DNA from: Spirochaetia bacterium
GTDB taxonomy: Bacteria; Spirochaetota; Spirochaetia; CADAEX01
Assembly: GCA_963662795.1 (NCBI GenBank)
Contig: OY759746.1
Coordinates: 3,200,001-3,264,000, forward strand
DNA length: 64,000 nt
Reading direction: 5' to 3'
A program made the translations under genes and the position numbers. The notes under the pieces were generated by a model that saw only the letters and a program-made list of their open reading frames with translations, was not told the DNA's origin and searched no databases. Positions 1-8,692 of this stretch are shown piece after piece; the stretch's first letter is position 1, and every line of letters begins with the position of its first letter.

Positions 1-2
1 TT

Positions 3-266
3 GTCGCCGCAATCTGCGCATCTCCTGCTGTTGTTCTTGGAAAGGCAGGCATTCTTGCAGGCAAAAAAGTTACCGGTGCGCCCGGTTTTGTGGAAAAGCT
101 TCCATCTGATGCTGTTTTTACAGAAGGCAGGGTTGTCACAGATAAAAATATAATAACCTCCCGAGGCGCAGGTACTGCTGCAGAGTTTGCCGGTACAATT
201 ATAGCTTATTTTGAGGGGAAAGAGACTTCGGATAAGCTTCTCGATTCAACGCTTTACAAAAGGTAA
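3..266 (+). CDS. DJ-1/PfpI (ThiJ/YajL-like) family protein, C-terminal part; 5' end outside the window
   Basis: Manual translation VAAICASPAVVLGKAGILAGKKVTG...GRVVTDKNIITSRGAGTAAEFA...KR* contains the AIC.SP nucleophile elbow and the ITSRG.G motif. Stop TAA at 264-266. Confidence 0.9.
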   Translation, partial: VAAICASPAVVLGKAGILAGKKVTGAPGFVEKLPSDAVFTEGRVVTDKNIITSRGAGTAAEFAGTIIAYFEGKETSDKLLDSTLYKR

Positions 267-311
267 TACTCTTTATCAAGGCGGGAATTGTTAATAAGCC
301 TGAAAAAAAGG

Positions 312-350
312 AACAAAGGCCTGAATACCATCAGTACACAGGCCTTTGTT
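312..350. terminator. Probable bidirectional terminator between convergent DJ-1 gene and ackA
   Basis: Perfect 12-bp inverted repeat AACAAAGGCCTG (312-323) / CAGGCCTTTGTT (339-350) in the convergent intergenic gap. Confidence 0.65.
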
Positions 351-414
351 GATAAGCCGGACAACGATTTAACTTTAACACCAGAGCTCCGGCAGAATAC
401 AGAAAATAAAATTA

Positions 415-1752
415 TTAAAGCGGTTTTGCGATAATATCCTTAATTCCGGGGAATTTTTTAAGGTCCTTATTGATGTTTTTCATCCTGTCTTTGTTTACAT
501 AATTTTTGTTCTGGAAGCTGTATGTGAAATTAGTGTGGACATCATAAGTGCCTTCAAGAAGCGCCTTTGTATCTTCTGTCATTACAAGCTCTTCGTCTGT
601 CGGGATTACAAAAATCTTTACCTTTGAGTCTTTGGCAGATATTTCTGTTTCAGCGTTTCTGGTCATGGAACTCTTGTTTTTTTCCAGGTCAAGCTTTATG
701 CCGAACTCTTCAAGACCCGAAGTTGCAAGCATCCTTGTAACAGGCCCTCTTTCACCAACGCCTGCTGTAAAAACAATTGCGTCAACATGTCCGAGCGCGA
801 AAGCGTAGGAGCCGATATATTTTTTTATTCTGTATGCTTCCATTTTCTGCGCAAGAATAGCCCTTTCATTTCCCTCTTCGGCTGCGATTTCAATATCTCT
901 CCTGTCTACCCATTTTTCAGTAATACCGAGAACTCCGCTTTTCTTGTTAAGGGCGTTTTCAGCCTGTTCCGGAGTCAATCCTGCTTTCCTCATCATGTAG
1001 AATGAAATTGCCGGATCATGGTCTCCGCTTCTTGTTCCCATTATAAGTCCTTCAAGCGGAGTGAGGCCCATGGATGTATCGTAGGATACGCCGTTTTTTA
1101 CAGCGTTTATGCTTGAGCCGTTTCCGATATGCGCGATAATCAGGTTGGTCGTGAAAGGATCCTTTCCGAGAAGGGCTGATGCTCTTTTTGCTGTGTAAAG
1201 GAAAGATGTTCCGTGAAAACCGTACCTGCGGACTCCGTACCTGGAATACCACTCATAAGGCAGCGCATAAAGGTATACTTCTTTAGACATAGTCTGATGC
1301 CATGCTGTATCCATTATGGCGCAATGCTTTACATTGGGAAGTTCTTCCTGGGCAGCCTTGATTCCTATAATGTTTGCAGGGTTATGAAGAGGCGCCAGCC
1401 CCTGAATGGAATCAAAAGTTTCAATTATTTTATCATCTATAATAATTGATTTGTTGAATTTTTCTCCGCCGTGCACAACCCTGTGTCCTACAGCCTTTAT
1501 ATCGTCTATTGACTTGATTGCACCGACAACCGGGTCAACAAGTGTTTTCATGATAAGATCAATTGCTTCCTTGTGTGTTGGGCACGAATGTTCGAGTTTG
1601 TATTCTTCTTTTCCTGATGTGTTATGCTTGATAAATGAGCCTTCAATTCCGATTCTTTCTACAATTCCGTTTGCGAGCACTTCCTGTTTGTCAAAGTCAT
1701 AGATTTGATATTTTAATGAAGAACTACCGCAATTTAATGTGAGTATTATCAC
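415..1752 (-). CDS. ackA: Acetate kinase
   Basis: Motifs LNCGSSSLK, GHRVVHGG, APLHNP, RRYGFHGTS, MGLTPLEG, TRSGD, IPTDEE. Start moved to GTG at 1752, behind a GGAGG SD. Confidence 0.97.
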   Translation of the reverse strand: MIILTLNCGSSSLKYQIYDFDKQEVLANGIVERIGIEGSFIKHNTSGKEEYKLEHSCPTHKEAIDLIMKTLVDPVVGAIKSIDDIKAVGHRVVHGGEKFNKSIIIDDKIIETFDSIQGLAPLHNPANIIGIKAAQEELPNVKHCAIMDTAWHQTMSKEVYLYALPYEWYSRYGVRRYGFHGTSFLYTAKRASALLGKDPFTTNLIIAHIGNGSSINAVKNGVSYDTSMGLTPLEGLIMGTRSGDHDPAISFYMMRKAGLTPEQAENALNKKSGVLGITEKWVDRRDIEIAAEEGNERAILAQKMEAYRIKKYIGSYAFALGHVDAIVFTAGVGERGPVTRMLATSGLEEFGIKLDLEKNKSSMTRNAETEISAKDSKVKIFVIPTDEELVMTEDTKALLEGTYDVHTNFTYSFQNKNYVNKDRMKNINKDLKKFPGIKDIIAKPL

Positions 1753-1865
1753 AAATTTCCTCCAAAACAGTGTTTTATGATTTATTCTGCCGTAAAACAC
1801 TGAAAAATACAATAGAAGATATACTGCTGTGAAGTAAAAGGAATGGTGATGCAGTTTACTCTCAT

Positions 1866-3215
1866 GTGACCTCCGGTACTTTTATGATCATAATCTGTCT
1901 CATTAATTGCATTGCGGTATTTCCTGTTTTTACTCAGGAACAGAAGCAGGAAATAAAGCAGAAAGTGCTTAAAAAATGGGAGATAGAGGCAAGGGGTGAA
2001 TATGATTCCGAAGAGGGTAAATCATCGATGCTCAAGGCAGGAGATTCCCGTTATTTCATGTCTGTTATGGATTTCGAAAAGGGAGGGAAAACTATTTTTA
2101 ATTTTTCAACCCCGTATGCTGTTTTTGGAAAGGTGGCGGGGAAAGGCCTTTTAAAGGAAATCAGGAATCCGGCAGCACATTACCCCGGTTCTTCGGTTTT
2201 CAGGGAAAAAACAGAAGTAGCAGCAGATAAAAGTTTTAAGAGTTCAGGCAACAGCGGAATCAGATTAAGCGCAGGAGAGGCTTTTTCTGTTTTTAATGAG
2301 ATGAGCACATCAGAATCAGGCACTCTTGACTGGAGCGGCGCATACGGCAGATATAAAATCAAACGATGGCTGGATATATCATGCGCGGCTGCAAAATACA
2401 AAGAAAAAGATGACAGCGTCTCTGACTCCTGGTATACAGAGCGGAGAACGGGATACGGACGGGAAGTTGTAAATACATCTTTTTCAGCTTCTGCCGGTGG
2501 AAGCTCTGCAGGGGCCGGCGCTGCTGCAGCATTAACGTCCTGCAATGGAACTCCCCCTGGTCTTTTTTACCGTTTTTCACCTTACCTTGCCCTCTTTTTT
2601 ATAAGAATTGACTTGCTTATTTCAGGAACGAATGACAGCTATATAAAGCCGGAAGGCTCTCTCTCGTCATCAGCGCTGCGGAAAGGGGCTCTTTTATCTT
2701 TATATCCGCTTGATTTTTTAAGATTCACCGGCAGGTATGTCTCAGACATTTATCACGAAAAACTTTCTGATAAAAATTACGGTTCATATTCAGAAGAAAA
2801 ATCTGCATCTATTTTTTTTGATCCCGCTTTTCTGATATTTGGTACAGGCATAAGTGATAAAAGCAACTTCAGCAATGATACGAATGAAAAGAACCGGGAT
2901 ATCTGTTTTTCAGGCGGTTTAAAAGCGCATAACTGTAAGGCTGTACTTGAAAAAAAGGACAGATACCGGAACAGTGAAAAATATTGTGATACCCTGAGGC
3001 TTGAAGCCGGAATCAGAAACAGGATTGTGAATATTTATATTCTCGGTAAACTGATTAAGCAGGAAGATACGGAAAAAAACCTAAAAACAAGGATAACAGT
3101 TTACGGATCTAAAATGTCAGTATTTGGTGAGTATTCTGCATCGGCATTGAATGACGCAACCGGGCGGACAGAGAGTTTCTTTGAATACAGCACAGGTTTT
3201 ACGGCTAAATATTGA
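1866..3215 (+). CDS. Hypothetical exported protein, possibly an outer-membrane beta-barrel
   Basis: 449-aa ORF with signal-like N-terminus, many Gly/aromatic alternating segments and C-terminus EYSTGFTAKY. No family recognised; start uncertain. Confidence 0.55.
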   Translation: MTSGTFMIIICLINCIAVFPVFTQEQKQEIKQKVLKKWEIEARGEYDSEEGKSSMLKAGDSRYFMSVMDFEKGGKTIFNFSTPYAVFGKVAGKGLLKEIRNPAAHYPGSSVFREKTEVAADKSFKSSGNSGIRLSAGEAFSVFNEMSTSESGTLDWSGAYGRYKIKRWLDISCAAAKYKEKDDSVSDSWYTERRTGYGREVVNTSFSASAGGSSAGAGAAAALTSCNGTPPGLFYRFSPYLALFFIRIDLLISGTNDSYIKPEGSLSSSALRKGALLSLYPLDFLRFTGRYVSDIYHEKLSDKNYGSYSEEKSASIFFDPAFLIFGTGISDKSNFSNDTNEKNRDICFSGGLKAHNCKAVLEKKDRYRNSEKYCDTLRLEAGIRNRIVNIYILGKLIKQEDTEKNLKTRITVYGSKMSVFGEYSASALNDATGRTESFFEYSTGFTAKY

Positions 3216-4551
3216 GCATGAATTTTGCAAGTTCGAAATATATTGTAAGCCCGAATACATCAATCACTGTCGCCATAAGCGGCCCGGACATAACTGTCGG
3301 ATCATGCCCTGTTTTATGTATGACGAGAGGTGCAATAGCTCCGATTGTAGTTGAAAACAAGACAACAAAACACAGTGAAAGTGATATGGCAAAAGCCTGA
3401 TATACGTTAATTCCAGGCGGCAGCAATATGCCCCTTATAAAAACAACAAGCCCGGTACCTAAACCCATTATGAATCCAACCATCAGCTCTTTTTTTAAAA
3501 CTTTCCAGATATCCTTGAAATAAAGTTCTTCAGTCGCAAGACCCCTTATTATAAGAGTTGTTGACTGGCTTCCCGCGTTACCGCCGGTTTGTGTAATTAC
3601 CGGCATGAACATGAAAAGAAATGCGGCTCCGATTATAATGTCTTCGTAATGATGAAGTACGTTTGTTGTAATGGTACCGACAATCAGGAGGACTGTAAGC
3701 CATGGTATTCTTCTTTTTACAAGATCAAAAACTGATGATTCAAGATACGGAAGAGGATTTCCTCCCATGGCGACCATCTTGTAAACATCTTCTGTCTGTT
3801 CTTCGTGAATAACTTCAATAACATCATCAAAGGTTACTATACCAAGCAGAACGTTGTTTTTATCAACAACCGGCACAGCCAGAAGGCTGTATGTTTCAAG
3901 GATTTTGGCAACCTCTTCCTGATCTGTTTCTTCATGAACAGATATAACATCTGTTTCCATAATCCCTGAAATAATCTGTTCATCTTTTGCGGCAAGTATG
4001 TCTCTAAGGGATACAACCCCTATAAGTCTTTTCAGCTGGTCAAGCACATAAAAATAGTAAACAGTTTCAATTTCCTCAGCACCTTTTCTTACAAATTTCA
4101 GGGCCTGGGCAACAGTAATCGAGGGTTTTATTGCAATATAGCGCGGAGTCATTAGCCCTGCAGCATCATCCTCATCAAATTTAAGAAGGAAGAGTGTCTC
4201 TTTTTTTGCTTCGTCACTCAGGTTTTCCCAGACTGATTTTCTTACTTCATGGGAAACAGACTGTATAAAGTCTACAATGTCATCAGGTTCCATCTCATTT
4301 AAAAGCTGTTTGATGTTTTCAACATTAAGCTCGCTCAGTATCATTTCCTGTTCTTTGTAGGTAAGTGAATTGATAAGCTCTACTTTCATTTCAAGATTAA
4401 GGCTTTTAAATATATGTATTGATTCTTCGGGGGTTAATGTGTTCCAGTTTTCAATGAGGTCCTGCAGTGAAATTTCCAGAAGCAGATTTTTTATTTCTTC
4501 CGGTTTGAGTATATTCAGATATTCTTTAATATATTCAAGAGAATATTTCAT
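3205..4551 (-). CDS. mgtE: Magnesium transporter MgtE
   Basis: MgtE-N region, CBS pair (AAGLMT, GIVTFDD), RRIPWL, GGNAGSQ, DPTVMSGP..T..D. ATG at 4551 follows AAGGAGG. Confidence 0.95.
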   Translation of the reverse strand: MKYSLEYIKEYLNILKPEEIKNLLLEISLQDLIENWNTLTPEESIHIFKSLNLEMKVELINSLTYKEQEMILSELNVENIKQLLNEMEPDDIVDFIQSVSHEVRKSVWENLSDEAKKETLFLLKFDEDDAAGLMTPRYIAIKPSITVAQALKFVRKGAEEIETVYYFYVLDQLKRLIGVVSLRDILAAKDEQIISGIMETDVISVHEETDQEEVAKILETYSLLAVPVVDKNNVLLGIVTFDDVIEVIHEEQTEDVYKMVAMGGNPLPYLESSVFDLVKRRIPWLTVLLIVGTITTNVLHHYEDIIIGAAFLFMFMPVITQTGGNAGSQSTTLIIRGLATEELYFKDIWKVLKKELMVGFIMGLGTGLVVFIRGILLPPGINVYQAFAISLSLCFVVLFSTTIGAIAPLVIHKTGHDPTVMSGPLMATVIDVFGLTIYFELAKFMLNI

Positions 4552-4565
4552 AAACAAAGCCTCCT

Positions 4566-5507
4566 TCAGTCAATGTAGATTATTTCCTTTTCCAGTCTGA
4601 AACCGTAGGTTTTAAATACTTTGTCTTCAATCAGCTGAATCAGCTCTTTAATATCCGCCGCAGTAGCATTTCCGTTATTGATAATTATATTGGCATGAAG
4701 CGGTGAAACCTGTGCTCCTCCGATGCTGCAGCCCCGCAATCCCAGGCTGTCAATAATTTTTCCGGACGGGTGGCCGAACTCCCTGTTGTTTTTGAATACA
4801 GATCCTGCGCAAGGATATGAATAGTGCCCTTTTGCTGTTCTGTCTTTTTTAAATTCCGCAGCTTTACTTAAAAGTATTTCTTTTCCCGACTGCTGAAGAA
4901 TGAATTCCGCTGCCAGAATTATGTTTCCGGTATTCTGAAAAGGGGAAATCTTATAGCCGAAATCACTTTGTTTTACTCTGTACTCGCATATTTTACCAAG
5001 GTTGTCCATGTATGAGACTTTATAGAGCAAATCAGAAACAGATTTTTCGTAACATCTTGCGTTCATGTAAACGCTGCCGCCTGTTGAACCAGGCATACCG
5101 TAGAAGTATTCAAGCCCTGAAAGTGATTTTTTGCAGGCTTCTTCCGCAAGTAAGCTGAATTCAACTCCAGCCCCTGATTTTATGATGTTGCCGTTAAACG
5201 AGATTGAGCTGAATCCCTTCATGTCAATAACAGCACCCCTGAATCCGCTGTCGCTGAAGAGGATGTTTGCCCCGCCTCCGAGAATAAACCGGGGAAGATC
5301 ATTTTCCTTTATTACAGAAAGAATTTTTTCAAGAGATGATATATCTTTGGGCGATGCAAAAACATCAGCATTACCTCCGATATTAAAGGTCGAGTGTTTC
5401 GCCAGAGGTTCGTTAAACAACATTACCCCGTTTATATTGATTTTATTGAATATTTTGCTTAAACTTTCCACAGATTTATGATACTTGTAAATAAAACAAG
5501 TTTCCAT
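4566..5507 (-). CDS. murB: UDP-N-acetylmuramate dehydrogenase
   Basis: HSTFNIGG, LGGGANIL, GMPGSTGG..MNA, AGSVFKN, HANIIIN, LEKE. Confidence 0.95.
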   Translation of the reverse strand: METCFIYKYHKSVESLSKIFNKININGVMLFNEPLAKHSTFNIGGNADVFASPKDISSLEKILSVIKENDLPRFILGGGANILFSDSGFRGAVIDMKGFSSISFNGNIIKSGAGVEFSLLAEEACKKSLSGLEYFYGMPGSTGGSVYMNARCYEKSVSDLLYKVSYMDNLGKICEYRVKQSDFGYKISPFQNTGNIILAAEFILQQSGKEILLSKAAEFKKDRTAKGHYSYPCAGSVFKNNREFGHPSGKIIDSLGLRGCSIGGAQVSPLHANIIINNGNATAADIKELIQLIEDKVFKTYGFRLEKEIIYID

Positions 5508-5558
5508 AGTTTATTATTAAAAACAACATTATTGATTCTGCAATAAACGGGGGATTAA

Positions 5559-6974
5559 ATGGGTTTAAGGCTTTTCAATACCATGGGTAGGGGAATGCAG
5601 GAATTTGTACCAATCAACAAGGGAGAGGCCTTTGTCTACGCATGCGGCCCGACTGTTTATAATTATGCCCACATCGGAAATCTGCGCACATATATTTTCG
5701 AAGATATTCTCAGAAGGGTGCTTGAATTCTCAGGCTATAAAATCAAACATGTAATGAATGTTACTGATGTCGGCCATTTAACTGATGACGCGGACAGCGG
5801 TGAAGATAAAATGGAAAAATCGGCCAGGGAAACAGGTCGGACTGTATGGGATATTGCAAAGTTTTATACAGATGCGTTTTTCAGCGATATAGAAAGCCTT
5901 AATATAGAAAAGCCTGAAATTATATGCCGTGCGACAGATCATGTGGGCGATATGATTGATCTGATTAAAAAACTTGAAGATAAGGGTTATACATATGTTT
6001 CCGGCGGAAACGTTTATTTTTCAATAGACAAGTTTGCTGATTATGGAAAGATGGCACTTCTGGACAGGCAGAATCTGCAGGCAGGGTCCAGAATTGAAGT
6101 AGACAGCAACAAAAGAAATCCTCATGATTTTGTCCTCTGGTTTACGAAATCAAAATTTGAAAACCATGCAATGCTCTGGGATTCTCCCTGGGGTAAGGGT
6201 TATCCCGGATGGCATATTGAATGCAGCGCAATGAGCATGAGATATCTTGGTGAAAGCTTTGATATCCACTGCGGCGGAATTGACCACATAAATGTCCACC
6301 ATACAAATGAAATTGCCCAGTCCGAGGCCGCAAGCGGAAAAAAATGGGTTAATTACTGGCTTCACGGTGAATTCCTTGTAATGAATAAATCAAAAATGGC
6401 CAAATCCGCAGGGAATTTTATAACACTTTCAACATTGAAAGAGAAAGGATATGATCCGCTTGATTACAGATACTTCTGCCTTTCCGGTCATTACAGAAGC
6501 CAGCTGCAGTTCAGTTTTGAATCACTCGATGCAGCAAGGACTGCAAGGGTAAATCTGGTGGAAAGGGTTAAAGCGCTTAATGCAGAGGCACTCGGGGCGG
6601 TACCAGATAAACTGTCGGAAAAAGGGACTTTATATCTTGAGGATTTCAAATCAGGAATAGAAGACGATCTAAACTGTCCCAAAGCGCTTGCTGTTTTCTG
6701 GACAATGCTTAAGGACCAGAACCTTGAAGCAGGTGAAAAGCTTAGCCTGGCACTTATGTTTGACAAAGTTACAGGCCTTGAATTATCTGAAAAAAAGGAT
6801 GAAAAGGAAGAAATAGCAGAACTTGATGACAATATCCGCCGGTTGATAGATGAGAGGGAAGAAGCAAGAAAATCAAAGGATTTCGCCCGTTCTGATTCAC
6901 TAAGATCCGAGCTTAAAATGCTCGGTATTGAAATTAAAGATACTCCTGACGGTACAGTCTGGAAAAAATTGTAA
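5559..6974 (+). CDS. cysS: Cysteine--tRNA ligase
   Basis: [37 protein letters not shown]. Confidence 0.97.
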   Translation: MGLRLFNTMGRGMQEFVPINKGEAFVYACGPTVYNYAHIGNLRTYIFEDILRRVLEFSGYKIKHVMNVTDVGHLTDDADSGEDKMEKSARETGRTVWDIAKFYTDAFFSDIESLNIEKPEIICRATDHVGDMIDLIKKLEDKGYTYVSGGNVYFSIDKFADYGKMALLDRQNLQAGSRIEVDSNKRNPHDFVLWFTKSKFENHAMLWDSPWGKGYPGWHIECSAMSMRYLGESFDIHCGGIDHINVHHTNEIAQSEAASGKKWVNYWLHGEFLVMNKSKMAKSAGNFITLSTLKEKGYDPLDYRYFCLSGHYRSQLQFSFESLDAARTARVNLVERVKALNAEALGAVPDKLSEKGTLYLEDFKSGIEDDLNCPKALAVFWTMLKDQNLEAGEKLSLALMFDKVTGLELSEKKDEKEEIAELDDNIRRLIDEREEARKSKDFARSDSLRSELKMLGIEIKDTPDGTVWKKL

Positions 6975-6996
6975 CTAAAAAAGCCCAAAGTTGTTT
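6970..6996 (+). promoter_or_regulatory. Putative ECF-type promoter of the ECF sigma gene (autoregulatory, leaderless transcript)
   Basis: TGTAAC (6970-6975)-N16-TGTTT (6992-6996) resembles the AAC/GT ECF promoter pattern. It ends 5 nt before ATG 7002, which has no SD. Confidence 0.5.
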
Positions 6997-7001
6997 AAAC
7001 T

Positions 7002-7526
7002 ATGAATTTACATACAGATATACCTTCATTTGAAAGACTGTATAAAACAGTTTTCCCAATTGTTTATAAAGTCGCATATAATATAATTGGTGAATCAAAT
7101 GCGGCAGAAGATGTATGCCAGGAGGCTTTTATTAAATATTATAACCTTACATCTCCTCTTCCGACTATGGATGATGCAAAATACTGGATGATAAGGGTAG
7201 TGAAAAATATCTCTTTTAATTACTGTAAAAGGGAATCGCGAAAAAACAAAATATTTGATAAAATAAAAAATGATCCTGTTTATTCCGATAATACAGGTGA
7301 AAAAGAACTCCTGCTCGGAGAGACAAAAGAAACAGTACAAAACATGTTAAGGCAGCTGCCTGAAAAATTAAAGGCGCCTCTTGTTTTACGTGAATTTGCC
7401 GGTCTTAATTACAGGGAAATAGCAAAAGTACTAGGCATATCTGAGAGCAACGTCAAAGTAAGAATATTCAGAGCAAGAGAAACTTTACAGAAACTGATTT
7501 CACCAGGAGATGTATATGTGCCCTGA
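7002..7526 (+). CDS. ECF RNA polymerase sigma factor (sigma-24/RpoE-like)
   Basis: 174 aa; region 2 AAEDVCQEAFIK...W..RV.KN; region 4 LPEKLK..LVLREFAGLNYREIAKVLGISESNVKVRIFRAR. Confidence 0.93.
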   Translation: MNLHTDIPSFERLYKTVFPIVYKVAYNIIGESNAAEDVCQEAFIKYYNLTSPLPTMDDAKYWMIRVVKNISFNYCKRESRKNKIFDKIKNDPVYSDNTGEKELLLGETKETVQNMLRQLPEKLKAPLVLREFAGLNYREIAKVLGISESNVKVRIFRARETLQKLISPGDVYVP

Positions 7527-8064
7527 CAAGGAAACACTTTCAGCTTTTATTGATAATGAAGTTGAAGGAGTTTTTAAAAAAGATATCGAAAATCATTTGG
7601 CTTCATGCACAAAATGCAGCAAGGAAACAAAAAAGCTGAAATATATTTCAGAGCTTTGCTTAACTGATGATACGGTTAAGGATAAACATATTGAAGAGGC
7701 ACAAAGCCGGGTTTGGGAAAGGATAGACTCCGAAATCCATAATGTAATAAGAAACAGGGAAACATCCAGTATCTGGTCCCGAAAGGTTTCTATACCATTT
7801 CCTGTTATGGCTGCGGCCGCAGCTGTAATACTGTTATTTGCAATTTCGACACTTTACGGCTTCTATTCACTGAATTCAGGCAAATATGATTCCCGATTGA
7901 ATTTTTCTGAAGCTGTTACAATCAGGGAACCTGAGGATTTTAATTTGTTTGAGAAGGAATTGATTCTTAATGTAGATTTAAATCTGCCTGAAAATACTGT
8001 TTTTATGATCAGCGGAACACCTATGCTTATCAGGGAAGTGGATTATCATAATATCAATAAATAA
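7510..8064 (+). CDS. Zinc-finger (ZAS/zf-HC2) membrane anti-sigma factor
   Basis: CPDKETLSAFIDNE...HLASCTKC (HxxxCxxC) plus one TM helix. Overlaps the sigma gene stop. Confidence 0.85.
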   Translation: MYMCPDKETLSAFIDNEVEGVFKKDIENHLASCTKCSKETKKLKYISELCLTDDTVKDKHIEEAQSRVWERIDSEIHNVIRNRETSSIWSRKVSIPFPVMAAAAAVILLFAISTLYGFYSLNSGKYDSRLNFSEAVTIREPEDFNLFEKELILNVDLNLPENTVFMISGTPMLIREVDYHNINK

Positions 8065-8077
8065 CAGGGAAATTAAT

Positions 8078-8692
8078 ATGTCTGGAAGAATTGTATTACT
8101 GGCTGTTGTATTTGCTGTTGCATCTAATCTTGCCGCTCAGGAGTCTTCTCAGGATAAAAACCCCACGGTGATGCCGGAAACCGGCCCTCTTTCAAAAAGT
8201 ACTTCATTACAGGAAAAAAAGCTTAAGAGCTATACAATAAATCTTGCAATACGGATCTTTGATGATTTAAATACTTTAATAGTAAATTCAAGCTGGTCGA
8301 GGACTACTGTCTCCGGCAAACCCGTAACAATAAACCTTAAAGCCAATAATCTTCAGATTGCCGCTGCTTTCATCCCTTATTATGTAGATGACAGAAATGT
8401 CGTTCTCCTGGCGCAGGGAAAAGTAATGTTAAAGCCTGTTAACCTTGCAGCGGGAAAATATTATTCAACAGTAGATTCACTGCCTCTCAGGATTGGGGAA
8501 AAAGCTTTTTTTCTCCCTTTGGGTCTGATTGATGAAAAAATGGAGAATATTTCTTCGTGTGTACTTGAAATTGAAGTGCAGAATTGTGATAAGATTACTG
8601 AAGAAAGTAAAGAAGACGGGAGTGCTATTCTTGAAACTGAAAATCAGCCAGATCAGGGCAAACAGGCCAAAAACGGAAAAAATACCAATTGA
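8078..8692 (+). CDS. Hypothetical exported protein in the ECF operon
   Basis: 204 aa with a clear signal peptide (VLLAVVFAVASNLAA/QE), 13 nt after the anti-sigma gene. Confidence 0.7.
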   Translation: MSGRIVLLAVVFAVASNLAAQESSQDKNPTVMPETGPLSKSTSLQEKKLKSYTINLAIRIFDDLNTLIVNSSWSRTTVSGKPVTINLKANNLQIAAAFIPYYVDDRNVVLLAQGKVMLKPVNLAAGKYYSTVDSLPLRIGEKAFFLPLGLIDEKMENISSCVLEIEVQNCDKITEESKEDGSAILETENQPDQGKQAKNGKNTN

